Source of the DNA: Camelus dromedarius
Taxonomy: Eukaryota
Direction of reading: 5' to 3'
DNA: 64,000 bases
Assembly: GCF_036321535.1 (NCBI RefSeq)
Contig: NC_087466.1
Location: 2,790,001-2,854,000, forward strand
Of this stretch, positions 38,051 through 52,299 are shown in pieces. The notes under the pieces are model-generated. The model worked only from the letters and a program-made list of their open reading frames with translations, was not told where the DNA came from and made no database searches. A program made the translations under genes and the position numbers. Every line of letters begins with the position of its first letter. Position 1 is the stretch's first letter.

Positions 38051-38194
38051 TTTTAAATTAAAAAAAATTTTTCTTGGAGGGGAGATAATTTGGCTTACTT
38101 ATTTACTTACCCTTGGAGGAGGTGCTAGAGATTGAACCCAGGACCTTGTATGTACTAAACAAGCACTCTACCACTTGAGCTACACCCTCCCGCC
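38051..38194 (-). mobile_element. tRNA-derived SINE (Vic-1-like) with 13-bp TSD
   Basis: TSD TCATCCAGCTCCT at 38038-38050 and 38195-38207. Confidence 0.9.
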
Positions 38195-38233
38195 TCATCC
38201 AGCTCCTCCGTGACTCCTGATCAACTTACCGCA

Positions 38234-38353
38234 GGACTGACCCCAGCTCTGCCCATTCATGGGACTGACTGTCCCGAGCTCTGCCTGGTCGTGGGACTGA
38301 CTGTCCCCAGCTCCATCTGGTTGTGGATTGGTTGTCCCCAGCTCTGTTGCAGG
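38234..38353. repeat. ~32-bp minisatellite, about 4 diverged copies
   Basis: Units GGGACTGACTGTCCC(C/G)AGCTC...GT at 38261-38292 and 38293-38324 with diverged flanking copies. Confidence 0.7.
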
Positions 38354-41300
38354 TGCCATCTCTCTGCCTTGAGGACGGTGACCCTGGCCGAGAGTTGCCC
38401 ATGGCTCGTGCTTCACTTCCTGTGATCCCCAGACCACCTGGGAGATGGGTGCTAGTACCCCTGACCTCAGGGACGAGACAGAGGTTCTCAGAGCTGACAC
38501 AGTCCGCCCTGGTCCTGCAGGTGCTCAGGGCTGCACACAAGCTGACCTGCCCCCAGGCTCTTTCCAAGGCTCCTTGGCCCTGTGTGATGGGTCACTCATT
38601 CACTCACTCACTTATTCATTCAACAAACCCTCAGCGAGTACTACTGTGGGCCAGTGCTGGGGGCAAGTAGACAGGACCACCTGCTCACTGCGGGGGGTGG
38701 GGTGACACTGCGGAGACCGCTGCTGACCCCACCCCATCCTTAAGCCCTTAGATCAGGTCCCCTCTCATGGCTGACCCTACCCCATCCTCGATTCCTAGGT
38801 CAGCTTCCTGCCCACCGCTGACCCCACTGTGTCCTTGAGCTCCCAGGTCAGCTCCCCGCCCAGGGAGCATCTCCTGCACTCGTGGGATAAGATTTCATCC
38901 ACCCGCCTGGCCCCATGTGGGGGATGCCCCCAGCGGCTGACACTGGGCACCTCTCCAGGCTTATCACAGCCCCTCATGGAGCCTCAAAGTCCCTGTTGGG
39001 GCCACCATTGCCCATTTCACAGAGGAACACTGACCATGAGGGGCTCACAGGGCCTGCGTGCCCAGCTCAGAGCCGGGGCAGCCCCTGCAGGACTAGTGGC
39101 CCCAGGGCACAGCGTGGTGGAGACCAGGTAGGGATGAGTCCTCTGGGGAGCCTTGTCCCAGGGGAAATGGGCAGGAATCGGGGAGACTGTCTCAGGGCAG
39201 CCAGGACAGGGGCCAGGGGAGGGGTTGGGTCATCAGGCACCCTGTGTCCACTCCGGGGATAGAGTAGCTGACAGTCAGCATGACCCCAGGACACCACCAC
39301 TTGTGTGTTTCCCCACAAGCCCCCACTTCGTGGTGACACCGTCTTCCTGTAGCCACATCAACACCCCAGGTCCCTCCTGCTCCTTCGCATTCGGCCTGGG
39401 GACATGGGATGTCAAGGCTGGTGTCCCCTGTGCCTGGGTCTGTGCTGGCACCACAGCCTGAACCACCCTCAGGTCCTCACCAGGATGGACCATCCCTGCC
39501 CACCCAGGGCCCGGCCTGCCAGGGAGATGTCGGGGTCTCCTGAGCATCCTGGGAGGAGGGAGGATGCTTCGGAGGGTCCTGGGCCTCGGCTACAGGGCGT
39601 TGCGGCTGGGGAAGGGGGACCCCAGGCCAGTCTGAGCCCACCCCAGGTTTTCTGGTCGGGCAGGGTTCCTAGTGTATATGGACATGGCCCAGAGCAAAGC
39701 CACCGCCCAGCAGCCCTTTCCTGAGCCCATACATGTGCGGGGACCTCAGTGGTGGCAATGTAGCCCAGCTGGGGGCTCAAGACAGTGGTGGCGGACAGGG
39801 AACTGGCTGGTAGTGAGATAGATGGTGTTGTGCAGGATGGGCTCCCGCACTGGGAAGACCACCCGGGGTGGGGGGGGGGGCGGGGCAGGGGTGGGGGGTG
39901 CCTGGCACGGAGGCAGCCAGGGGCCAGGAGAGCCCTGACTCCAGGTTGGTGGCTGGGGACCCGTGTCCCCTCTGTGCAGTCGGGTTGGGGATAAGGGAAC
40001 CTCACTCCCTGGAGGGACAGGAGGGACGGTCAGATGGAAAATGGACGTTTGGCTCATCTCTGTGTGTGACTGTTGTGGCCGTTGGCATTGGCCTGTTCTG
40101 GCCCCAGCCGGCCTCAGGCCAGCACCCCTGGGCTCCCCGCGTGCCCCACACCCTCACCCCCTGCAGCTGCCCTGGCGAAACCAAGAGGCCCTGACACTGA
40201 CAAAATAGCCAGGAAACCCCGCCTGGCTCGGCCCTGGCAGCATGTGCCGCCCTCTACCTGGGGTGGGGGGAGGGGTGGCTCCAGTTCTGGAAGCTTCTGC
40301 CAGCCCAGCTGGAGAAGGGGGCTGCATCCCAGCATCCAGGCCTGAGTAGGGCAGAAATCATACCAATCAATTGTCGGAAGCAGCATTTTCTGTCCTGAAT
40401 TGTGAGTTTGTGGCACCCTCTCCTTGGAGCCCCCAGGAACTTTTCTAAATGCTGGGCACGGAGCTGCAGCCAACCGCACAGCCAGACACTTGGAGCTCAG
40501 GGGAGCCCCAGGTGGGCAGGGCTGGCCAGGGCTGGCCAGGGCTGGCCATGGGACACTGTGGGTCACACCTCACCTCCTGCCCCCACATCTGGGACTCTTT
40601 GCGAGTGAGTATTGGGCCAAGTACGGGGACAGAGAGAGAAATGGGGACCCTCACAATTGCTGCCCTAGGAGCCCTGCCTCTGGGGTAACAATGAGGGCCC
40701 AGAAGCATGACTATCCTTCAAGAAGCTGGTCACTCACTCATCTGACCATCCGTCCATCCATCCCTCAGGCCCCTGAAGACTGGGGCAGGGTGGGCTCTTG
40801 GCTTCTCATGCCCCAGGCAAGGTGGGTTGGGTCCAGTGAAGGTCAAAGTCAGTCCTGGAACAGGGCTGCTCATCCACAACGGGGGTGGGGGCTGTGGCCC
40901 TGGGTGCCTGGGGAGACTTGTCCACACACAGCCTGGAACTCGTGGCACAAATGAGACCCCCTGGGAGGAAGACAAGGGGAGGGGGGTCCTGGGGTCCTGG
41001 GTGGTCAGCGAAGGGGTCTGGGAGCAGCAGCAACTTCAGCCACCCAACAGGGTGGGCTTGGGGATTAAAGGAGCCAATGCCTGTGACGTGCCTGGACCAT
41101 AGCGACCCTCACCCATCCCAGCCATTGCTGTCACCACCACCAGCACTTGCCTGGGCCTGTCTTTGACACGCTGTGTGATCCTGGGCAAGTTGCTTCCTTT
41201 CCCTGGGCCCCAGCCTTCCCCTCTGCTCAGGGAGAGCTGGGTAAGGGGCCCCAAGGGCCAGAAATTGTAGGAAAACTAGGATTCCTGGACGAAGGGGTTG

Positions 41301-41464
41301 GTACTGGGGCTCTGGCTTTGGAGGGGCAGGGAAGCCCCAGGTAATACAGGGATGGAGTGGGTTTGGTCGCCTCCTTCAGCTCTGGTGGCCCTGCTGGCAG
41401 CCCCCTGGGGTCTGCAATCTAAAGCTAACCCTACCTTTGACCTAAACCAGAACTCCAGGTGACA

Positions 41465-41496
41465 AAAGAGGAGAAGTAAGGGGAAGAGAAACCTAG
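41465..41496 (+). promoter_or_regulatory. Ig-lambda 3' enhancer lambdaB-like element (ETS-IRF composite GGAAnnGAAA)
   Basis: AAAGAGGAGAAGTAAGGGGAAGAGAAACCTAG, 24/32 ungapped identity to the mouse lambdaB probe as recalled; CAGGTG E-box at 41456-41461. Confidence 0.6.
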
Positions 41497-41891
41497 CCCG
41501 TGGTCAGCGGGGTGTGGGACGGGTGACAAACAGGGCCAGGTGCGGCCTGGGATGGGGACGGGGCAGCTTCAGGGCTGTAGCCGGATGTTTGCAGCTCACA
41601 GAAGGAAGCAGAGCCCTCCCCACCCCCCACCGAGCCCCCTCCCAGCCCTGGACTGGGCCTGGTGCAGCTCCCTGGCTGCCTCCCCGCATCCTCTACAAGC
41701 TTCGTCCTGGGTCCTGGAATCCTGGAGAGCTGGACCCCAAGGGATCTCAATTCCCTCTGCCAGGACCCTCACTGACAGAGGAAAAGCTGCCACTGCCAAG
41801 GGTGTAGCCCCTTCCCAGGTTTGCCGACTCCGCATCTGATCCCCAGCCTAGTGCCTCGTAACTTCAAGGCTCTCAATAAGTAGCTTGGCAA

Positions 41892-41992
41892 GGGGCGAGT
41901 GTAGAGTGGTAGAGCACACACTTAGCCTGCGCGAGGGCCTGGGTTCAATCCCCAGCACCTCTATTAAATTTTTTTTTCTTTAATTAAAAAAA
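41892..41992 (+). mobile_element. tRNA-derived SINE (Vic-1-like)
   Basis: gtggtagagcacacacttagcctgcgcgagggcctgggttcaatccccagcacctc. Confidence 0.8.
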
Positions 41993-42320
41993 AATAAGCA
42001 GTTTGAAAGAGGGAAGGAAGGGATTGGTGGGTGGGTGGGTGTATGGATGGACGGAGAGGGAGGTAGATGATTAATCGATGGCTTGATTAGTGAGTGGATT
42101 GGTATGTTCATGGGTAGGTTAGTAATTAGATATGTGAGTGGATGGATGGATAGTTGGGTGGGTGGGGAGATCTAATTATTAGAAGCATAGTTCCCAGTCT
42201 CAAAACTTGCTAAAAGATAAAGTAACCAAAACAGTGTGGTATTGGCATAAAGATAGACATATGAATCCAAGCAACAGCATTGAGAGTGAGAAATAAAAAT
42301 ATATATCCATGGTCAATTAA

Positions 42321-42430
42321 TTTATTTTATTGTTTTATTTTTTAAAATTTTAATGGAGGTACTGGGGATTGAACCCAGGACCTCGTGCAGGCTAAGTGTG
42401 TGCTCTACCACTGAGCTATACCCACCCCAC
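42321..42430 (-). mobile_element. tRNA-derived SINE (Vic-1-like)
   Basis: ggaggtactggggattgaacccaggacctcgtgcaggctaag...ctaccactgagctataccc; flanked by CAATTAA repeats. Confidence 0.85.
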
Positions 42431-42449
42431 CAATTAAAAAAGAACACTA

Positions 42450-42985
42450 TTTTCTAGAGCAGTTTTAGGTTCACAGCAAAATTGAGCAGAAGATACAGAG
42501 ATTTCCCATATACCCGCTGCCCCACACATGCATCACCTCCTTTACCATCAATCTCCCTTACCAGAGTGGTGCATTTGTTACAACTGACCGAACTACACTG
42601 ACACAACACAGTCCAGAACTGTTTACATCCTGTACGTTTGGACAAATGTGTAATGGCACGTTTACCACTGTAGCTTCACGCAGAGAATTTTCACTGCCCT
42701 AAAGATCCTCTGTACTCCACCTACTCACCCCTCCTAACCCCCAACTCCTGGCAGCCACTGAGCTTCTCATTGTTTCCATACTGCTGACTTTTCCAGAATG
42801 CCAAATAGTCTGAATCATATAGTGGTAGCTTTCCAGATTGGCTCGTTTCACTTATGAACACACATTTAATGTTCTGCTAGGTCTTTTTGTGGCTTAATAG
42901 TTTATTTCTTTCTTTATTGCTGAATAATATTTCATTGTCTGGATGTACACTGTTTATTTATCCTTCACCCACTCTGAGACATCTT
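42450..42985 (-). mobile_element. Old L1M (MB/MC-type) 3' fragment
   Basis: gagcagttttaggttcacagcaaaattgagcagaagatacagagatttcccatatacc...gctgaataatatttcattgtctggatgtacac. Confidence 0.75.
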
Positions 42986-45900
42986 GGTTGCCAGCTCCAG
43001 CATCTCTGGGAGGTCTCAGAGCCTGGGCTGTCGGGCACAGATGTGCGGGAACAGCAAAGAGGCCAGCGGGGCTGGATCCAAGGAAGGGGGCAGGGCCCTC
43101 AGGGCCTTGCAGAGCAGGCTGAGCACCTTGTGATTTGTCCAAGTTTTCAAATGTACCTGGACAGCATCATGCCGACATACCTGCGCCTTCTAGCCTCTTG
43201 CACGTATGTCTCTAGGACTGGGAGCCAACCAGTCAAGTAGGGGGAGCCAGACAGTTCAGCATGTAGACACACAGCAGGTGCTGGCCGGACCGCAATGGCC
43301 GTTTGTGTGGACAGACATTGGACAATTCCTCTCCCTCCTTCACAAACACGGCCCCGGAAGCCCTGGGCATTCCTGGTGGGTGGGTCAGCACTTACTGGAC
43401 GGCTCATGCCCCCCTGCAACAGTGGGGACACGGGGGCGTCTATGTTGGGGTCACTGCGACCTTCAGCCAGCTCTGCAGAGCAGCTGGGCTCACTTACAGA
43501 CCCGGGTCCAAGCCGATCCTGGTCCCGTATCCACATTCCTCCTTGGATTGTGGACCCTGGACCTTGTCCCCAGCGGTGCGCATGCCCTGAGGCGTTAAGT
43601 GTGAACCAAGCGAGGCCCACGGGCGTCACTGGGTGGTCACTAAGCCCGTCCCCCCATCCTGGTTCCCATTCTGCCACCGCCTGGGATGACCCTGGGCTCC
43701 AGGCCTCAATGTCCAAGGGGCATCATTCGGAGGTCCCTGAATCTGCCATCTGGGGTCCCCTCCTCCAGGTCTGGGCGCTGGGTCCCCCTGCACTTCAGCG
43801 AAGGGACAGCGACCTCTGGCGGCCAAAGAGGGGGCGGCAAGCCCTGGAACCAGATGGGCAGGCCTGGGTTAGAGGGGAAGGGGTGGGGTGTTCCCCCTCA
43901 ACCCAGGGAGCACAGGGAGCCCCAGAGCCCCTCCTGGACCCACTCTCTGGGCAAAAGCTGGGTCAGGTGTGCCCACAGGGGGATCCCAGGCAGGTCTGGC
44001 TTCTGGCCTGAGAGTATCTAAGGCAAAGAGGAAGAGGAGGCAGTGGGTCAGCTTCTGGGGAGAAGCCAGTGCAGAGGTAGCTGCTTGGCCTCCTACAGGC
44101 GGGTGAGCACCGGGCAGGGGTGGAGGTCCTGCTGACCCCATCTCCGAACAGGCCAGGCTCATGCTCCACACTTAGACTTCAGGACTGCGCTGGGATCTCA
44201 GACAGGGTTCTCCTCCTACATCCTGGGGACAGTGGGGTCCTTCCCATTTGCCAAACTGGCCCATCCTAGGTTGAGGGGACCAGCCTGGGACAGACAGGTG
44301 ATGGGGAGAGGGGTACACGATCAGGGTCCCCACCTCTCTTTCAAATGACTGCATGGGTTCCCTCAGAAAGGGTGGACTGTTCCCTGGTTCTCACTCTTTG
44401 CTGCATCTCATAGTATTTGCTAAAAGGCAAAGCACTATGGAATGTTCTAAGTTATGTTGAACAAGCTTTGGGAGTAATAAAGAACAGAAACTTAAAGAAA
44501 TATTTCCAAATACTAATAGTATATTCAGACCTCCAGTCCACCCAGAAGTGATGCTCACATGTGGACAGTAATTCACAGAGATGAGGTGGTGAGCATGACC
44601 TTTTGGGGTTAAATGAGTTAATATATATCAAATATTAAGATGAAAATAAATTATGCATAACTCTAAGCAATAATGTTAATGATAGGACTTCTCATGTAAG
44701 AAGAAGAATCACAGAAAGAACCATCAAACAAAATCTAACAATTCGCTGTTTATAAGTTACAGATATGTAGCAAAATATACACAAATTTTAAAATAAAATG
44801 CAGAGCTAAATAAACACTCATGCATATGAAAATTCAAAAAAAGTAAGGGGCTTCAATTATATTTGGAAAAGAGAAGTTGAAGCTTGAAGCATTAAAAGAG
44901 GCAAAGAGGGTACTCAAAGGCACAATTTTTCAGAATATCACTATTAAATTATTACGCCCCAAATATGATAAGTTACTTGCTGATCATTTACCCTGCCTAT
45001 TTCTTAAGAAGATAACTGCACCACTAACACAGTAACGGCATACATAAGATAGAAACAGAAATGAAAGCAAAACAGAAATACATGAAGAAAAACAAGATCT
45101 GACTATGACTTGACCAGGTGAATGAGTATTCTTAAGTACTTTGGGGTCACAGAGCCCATCAAAAATGTGGTGAATGCTACAGACCACCCCCTCCCAGAAT
45201 AATTCATTCGTCCACGTATCCACAAGGCTTTGTTCAGTCCCCAGGGGTCCACAACCTCAAAACCCTTGCCCGCTCATGGACTGCTAGACAGTCGTTAGAC
45301 CCCAGATTAAGAACTCTGAAGTAAAGAAAAGTTAGTGAAAATATGGATTTGAATAAAATAATTTAAAAATTGAGTTAATGAATAGAATTGATGGAGTAAA
45401 AACACATTTCCTGAGAGTGCACAGAGGCTTCATAAAAGCCGGTAACATACTCCAGCCCAGAGAGCTTCCATGGACGCTTAGAAATGTTCATACCGTGTAA
45501 AATAGAAACAGCAATGACCCCAGAAGTCACCGCTTTGCAATATTAAAAATAATAATACTTGGGCCAAAGGGAAAGTCTTAATACAATAGCAAAAAATATT
45601 GCATATCAACCTTATGGAGCACAGAAAAAGCTCTAACTATAAGAAAAAAAATCATAGGCCAAAGTACCACATTTACTAGAAACATTGAAAACAATAAACT
45701 GTATCTAAATAATTAATCTTAGAAATGTAAACTATTAATTCAAAAAAAAAAAAAAAAAGGAAAGGAAAGAACATGTACTTTGACAAAACAATTCCATCAG
45801 GAAACAATCAAGAACTGGTGTTTTACAACACCCAACAACATCTGTGAAAAGAAGGAAAAAAGGTAACACAATAAACAAAAACACACAATGAAATTCAAGG

Positions 45901-48343
45901 ACAATTAAAGTATTACCAGGATGATCTCTTATAACATCACACTGTTCAAGAACCTAAATAAATGAAAGGATTTAAAAATACATAATAAAAGGATGAAAGA
46001 ATCTGAACCGAAGGAACCAGGTCTGCCCACGCTTCCGGAACAGAAAGCACCCGCCTGGCCTCACCGTGGTTATGAGAATCGGTGGAGACTTCAGAAAGCG
46101 GGTCGTAACCCCCACGTCACATAAATTGTCAAAAGGAAGAAAGGATGTGGCAGGGAGGAGAAAGTGCATATTCAACAACGTGAGAACCGCACACCATGAG
46201 CTGAGAGAAGCTGGGAGTGGGGGCATCTGGGGGTGGCAGGAGCCCAGGAGGCTTGTGGGAGGGGACCCCAGATTGCCTGAAAAGGGGGTTTACGTGTGGA
46301 ACAGCCCCTGAAGGCTGGTTTTAAGGAGAGTGGTGACGTGTGCAAAGTGATGCTGCAAAGAAAACAATTTAGTTTGGTGTGCAGTATGCGGGGTGGGGGG
46401 TGGGGGATGTCCAGGTAGGAAGCAGATGCTCACCCTGCCCAACAGGGACAGGCCTGGCCAAGGCCGAGGCAGAATGGGGGGGTGGGGGGCGAGGAGGTAG
46501 ATCTTGGGGGGGGGGGCGCTGTCCTGCACCGAGCAAGGGTGTCAGCGTTCTCTCTTCACTCCGGGTCAATGACGGAAGCTCCTCTGTGCGGGCTGCCCAG
46601 TCAGGCCAGTCCACCCGTTCATGTGGGGGTTCTGGGGGACCCTGGGCTGCTGGTTAAATGCTCCACATACTCACATAGCAGAGAGGAGCTGGCCAAAGGC
46701 CATCTTCCCAGCCCAAGAGGCCTCTCATTTTAACATCTCTGGCCAACCAAGCCCCACTTACGAAGGAACAATTATGGCTTGTCCATTTTTATTCATCAAA
46801 ACTATACTTAGCTGCCAAGCTGAGCTTCGGATTGGCTGAAATCACCGGCATTACCATGATGGGTTCGTGGGATTTTAGCCATTAACTTTCAGAAATCTTC
46901 AAAAGAGCTTAGACTGCCTCCCCCAACACTAGCTCTGAGGAGCCTGGGGGAGCCAGTACTAAAGACCATCGTGGACACACAAAGGCCCGGGACAAATGCT
47001 TACCAACCAGCCAGACATGTCATGGCCCAGGCCCACTCCTGGGTCGGGGGGCTGGGGACGCAAACACCTTCAAGCTCTGCGTAGCCAGGCGAGCAGGCCT
47101 GCCATGTGGGAGACACCGGGGCTGTGTGGGAGCCAGTACAGTGCTCTTAGCCTGCCACACGGTGAGACCTTCCCATCACCTGGGGAGCTTCTAAAACACC
47201 ACTATGTGGGCCCCAGCTCTGGGGATGCCCGACTGAACTGGCCTGGGCGGGAAGCCGGGTGGGGGGGACAGAGAGGAGTACAGGATGGGACACACTGCTG
47301 TTGCAGCCCAGGGCACCCCCAACCCAGGGTACAGGCTTGAGGGAGCGTGGAAGAGCCTGGTGTTAGGAGAGGGCTGGCTGCAAGCCTGACCTGCTGGGAA
47401 CCAAACAGGGGTGCGTCTCCTCTCCAGGAGGGGCAGGGATCGCTCCAGTTTCCAGTCTCAGTAGCCAGTTGACAAAGGCCCTCTGAGTGCGGTCCCATTC
47501 TGAACGGGAGCCTGGCGCCAACCCCTGGCGGGATGTGGCGGGGTCCCAGTGTCCCTGCCTCACAGAAGGGGAGACAGAGCCTTGGGGCTTCCTCCAGATG
47601 ACAGAGGCAGGAGGGGCCAGAAGTGGCACTTGAACCCAGACCTTCTGTCTGAACCACCGCTGGTTCCCTGGCCCTGGATGGCGGGGAGGAGGCTGAGAGC
47701 TGCCAGACCAGAAGCTGCCCCGCGGACGTCCGAGGCACGCTGTAGTCGGTGGAGGGGGTCACTCCTGGCGGCAACCATCCTCTGGCCCCCAGGACCAAGC
47801 CTCTGCCCTCTGTGGACCAGACCAGCCAGCAGCCAGAAGTGCCCTTGCTCCAACCCCCGTGGCGGACTGAGACCTGCTGTGGCCTAAGCTCACCCCCCAT
47901 CCAGAATCCTTCCAGACTATTCGTAACCTGGTTTGGCTGACCCCACCAACGCCCGAGGACAGCTGCTGCGCCTCTACTTTGGATTTCTCTGTCTTTAGTG
48001 GATTTGGACTGTGAGCTCGCTTACTGCTAAAAGGGCCTGATGGTAGAGTTCATCTCCTGTTTTCGTGGGTTTAACTCCACTTTCTCCCTCATGTTTATTC
48101 TTCAAGATTCTGGAAGAAGCAGAGAGGGCAAAACTAAACCCTCTTGGCTTGGGAGTCACCCGTGAGCACGAGCTGACTGAGAGCAGCTCTGTCCTGGTGC
48201 CCTTCCTAGGCTCCCCTGCCTTCACCCAGTCCACCTGCTGGGCCTCAGGGTTTCTAGGCAGCCTGGGTACCAGGGAGGCGGGCAGGTCCCTGGGACGGAG
48301 GACAGGGTGCCAGTTCCATCTGGGGGAGGCGCGGGCCCGCCCT

Positions 48344-49690
<1,347 letters not shown>

Positions 49691-51299
49691 TGTGAGTCCA
49701 GGCTCCCCGCCAGCACCTGGATTTCTGGGGGACACACTGACTGCTCTCACAATCTGAAAAGAAAACAAGGGACACTTTCGAGTCAGCAAGTCAAACACTC
49801 AGCATGTGCTGCAGTCTTAGTGGATGGAACCAAAGAAGAGGATGCCATCTTGCCCCTGTGGTGATCGTCACCGAGTCGGAGACAAGTCTGACTTACCAGA
49901 AACAACTGCCAGGAAGACAGACAGACAGACAGACAGAAAACACCACACTGTGAGACTTGAAAGGCTCAGGATGTTCAGAAAAGTGGGCGGGGACAGGAAG
50001 TGGACATGTTCTGGAAAAGGGGCAAGACTCTGGCTACTGGAGGATGTTGGGGATGGGGTCTTGATGGGAAAGAGGGCCCACCTCCCTCCCACACTCAGTT
50101 GGCTGCACACCCTCTAGCCCTGTGTCCCAGCCAGAACCCTGGGAGGCAGTCTGGTCCTTCTCACTCTCTCACCCACACACCTTGCCCATCCATTTCCTGA
50201 GGGGTCTCTGCCTCTTCCTCGGTGCCACTGCGCAGCTCAGGTCTCAGTGTGACTCGCCTCCCATTGGCTGCCCATCTCCAGCATCTGCTCCTCCCTCCAG
50301 TCTGTTCTTTGCATGGACGCCAGGTTCAAATGCCCCAAACACAGGCCTGATGGTGTCACCCGCCTTACAGCAGCCCAGCCCCTCCACGCCCGCTGCTTCT
50401 CCTCCCACACACCCCTAATCTTCCAGCGTGACAACTCCTGTGTGCCTCCCAACTGGTCCCACTGTTTTCTCAGATGGTCACCTGCTCATCCTTCCAGATT
50501 CCGTCCAAAGGTGCCCCCTCCTCCACACCCTCAGACTGACAATCTCAGGCCGCCGCCTCTGTGACCTGTGGAGCTCAGTGTGCACGTCCATCACAGCACA
50601 CACCACCCTGATGGCCAAACAAATATGGGGTGACTCTCCCCACCATCGCCTGCACCCTCCCCAAGGGCGAGTACAGGACCCCCCACACTGGAATCCCCAG
50701 ATGCCAGCACAACCACACGATCTACACACACACACATCAGTTAACTAAATAAATGACCAAATGAAGGAAAAGCCATTTGTTTTTGTGTTCAAATTGATTG
50801 CCACTTTTTTTTTTTTTGGCCAAAGAACTCTTTATTCAAGTAAGTCAATTACCTGGGAGATAAAAATAAATAAAGCAGAGCTGCCCCGTAGAGGGGGTAG
50901 AGGGGACAGTTTCGCAGGGACGAGGGAGGAGGCCAGACCATCCCACTTGGCCCCCCACCCCACTGTGGAGGCCCTGAGGGAGCCCTGCAGGACCCCATTC
51001 AGAAACAGCTGTGTGGCCATGTGGGCTCAGGGGGAACACCTCAAGTACCTTTGTGATGACAGCTCGAGTTTACTGAGCACCTACTGTGTGCTGGGCACTA
51101 CCAGGACTTTTACAAGCATATCTCATTTACTCCTCATGACCCCGTACAAAGGTACTAGTCCCCTTGCACTGAAGCTCAGAGGGTAACTGCCTCAAAAAAA
51201 CCCAAAACCCTAAATTAATTAGAACAATCATGATGGAACTCATTCCTATTTGGATTCTTTTTTTTAATGAATCTTAAAAAGACCAGGTGTGGGGGGGAG

Positions 51300-52190
51300 C
51301 ACAGAACTGAAGTATTCTCCTGAACCCTATGATCACCCCCACTTCTCTCTCCTCTTCGTAATCACGATCTCCAATCCTCCCCGACCTCTCACCCGACCCG
51401 TCAAGCCTAACGTCCCACCATCTTCACCCTGGTCCTCCCATCCGAGTTCCAGCCCTCTCCATCTAGCCAGAGTTTTTCTTTAGTGGGTCCAACCATGGGC
51501 GTCACTTCAGCCAGCTCTCTGACTAGTGTCCCATTCCTCACTCCCCTGCCCTGCTGCCGCCAGCCACTAACCACCAGCCTCCTCTGCCAGCTCCTCCTAA
51601 GATGCTGCATGTCGCCAAGGAAAATCATGACTGTGTCTGGCACGAAGACAAACTTCAAGTTTCCAGTTTCGGCTGGGACTTCAGCTCCAGCCTCCAACGA
51701 CCTCCTTACAGCCAAATCCTCTCTCCTGGGCCCTCACTTTCTCCCTTCTCTGGCAGTACTCACCAAGACCGCCTTTTCAAACCCCTCCATTTCAGAGGCT
51801 GCAGATTGGCACAGCCACGTTCTGTTTGGCTCTCAGAAGCAAGCTTTTCCTTTTTGTTCGACTTAGCTGCCAATATTTAAAACTCAGCTGGTTTTCTCAT
51901 GAAAACCTGGAAGATGTAACACTATGGGCCCACCCTCCACTGACCCACCTTACCTACCTGGACGCCTCCAGGTTCTGAGCTTGCTTGACAGCCCACCCCC
52001 TACTCCCACATCCTGCGTTTCTCCCTTAGTTTCAGAAGGTTGCTTTTCCCACTCTAATTTTCATGCCCTCCGATCCCTCTTTCTCAGCATCTGGAGACTG
52101 TAACTCTCCCTGCACCCGTCTGTTAAATCCTGCTGTTCCCAGGTACCAGCTACACGCTGCAGTCTGCACTGCGGTGAGAAGGTTGCCGAT
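51300..52190 (+). mobile_element. LINE-2 remnant
   Basis: Degenerate RT-like NDLLTAKS segment and pyrimidine-rich L2-type sequence. Confidence 0.55.
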
Positions 52191-52299
52191 ACTTTATCTG
52201 CGCCCTACGATGTTTTCAAAATTTTTGGACCTAAAATCCAAAGGTCTGGAACCCCATGCTTCCCACATACTCGGGGCTTTCCCAGGCCCCTCCTGCATC

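Noticed and set aside
38234-38353. Regular ~30-bp repeats as a CRISPR-like array
   Set aside because: Eukaryotic context, no unique spacers and no cas genes; an ordinary minisatellite.
43147-44011. Long overlapping ORFs, two minus-strand GTAAGT donors and a faint GGT C-terminus resemblance
   Set aside because: No recognisable domain, the implied intron would be about 20 nt, and long ORFs are expected at this GC content.
49691-49798. Longer 484-aa ZNF70 start (MFDLLTRK...)
   Set aside because: It crosses the splice acceptor at 49754-49755; the conserved start is MEIPP at 49690.
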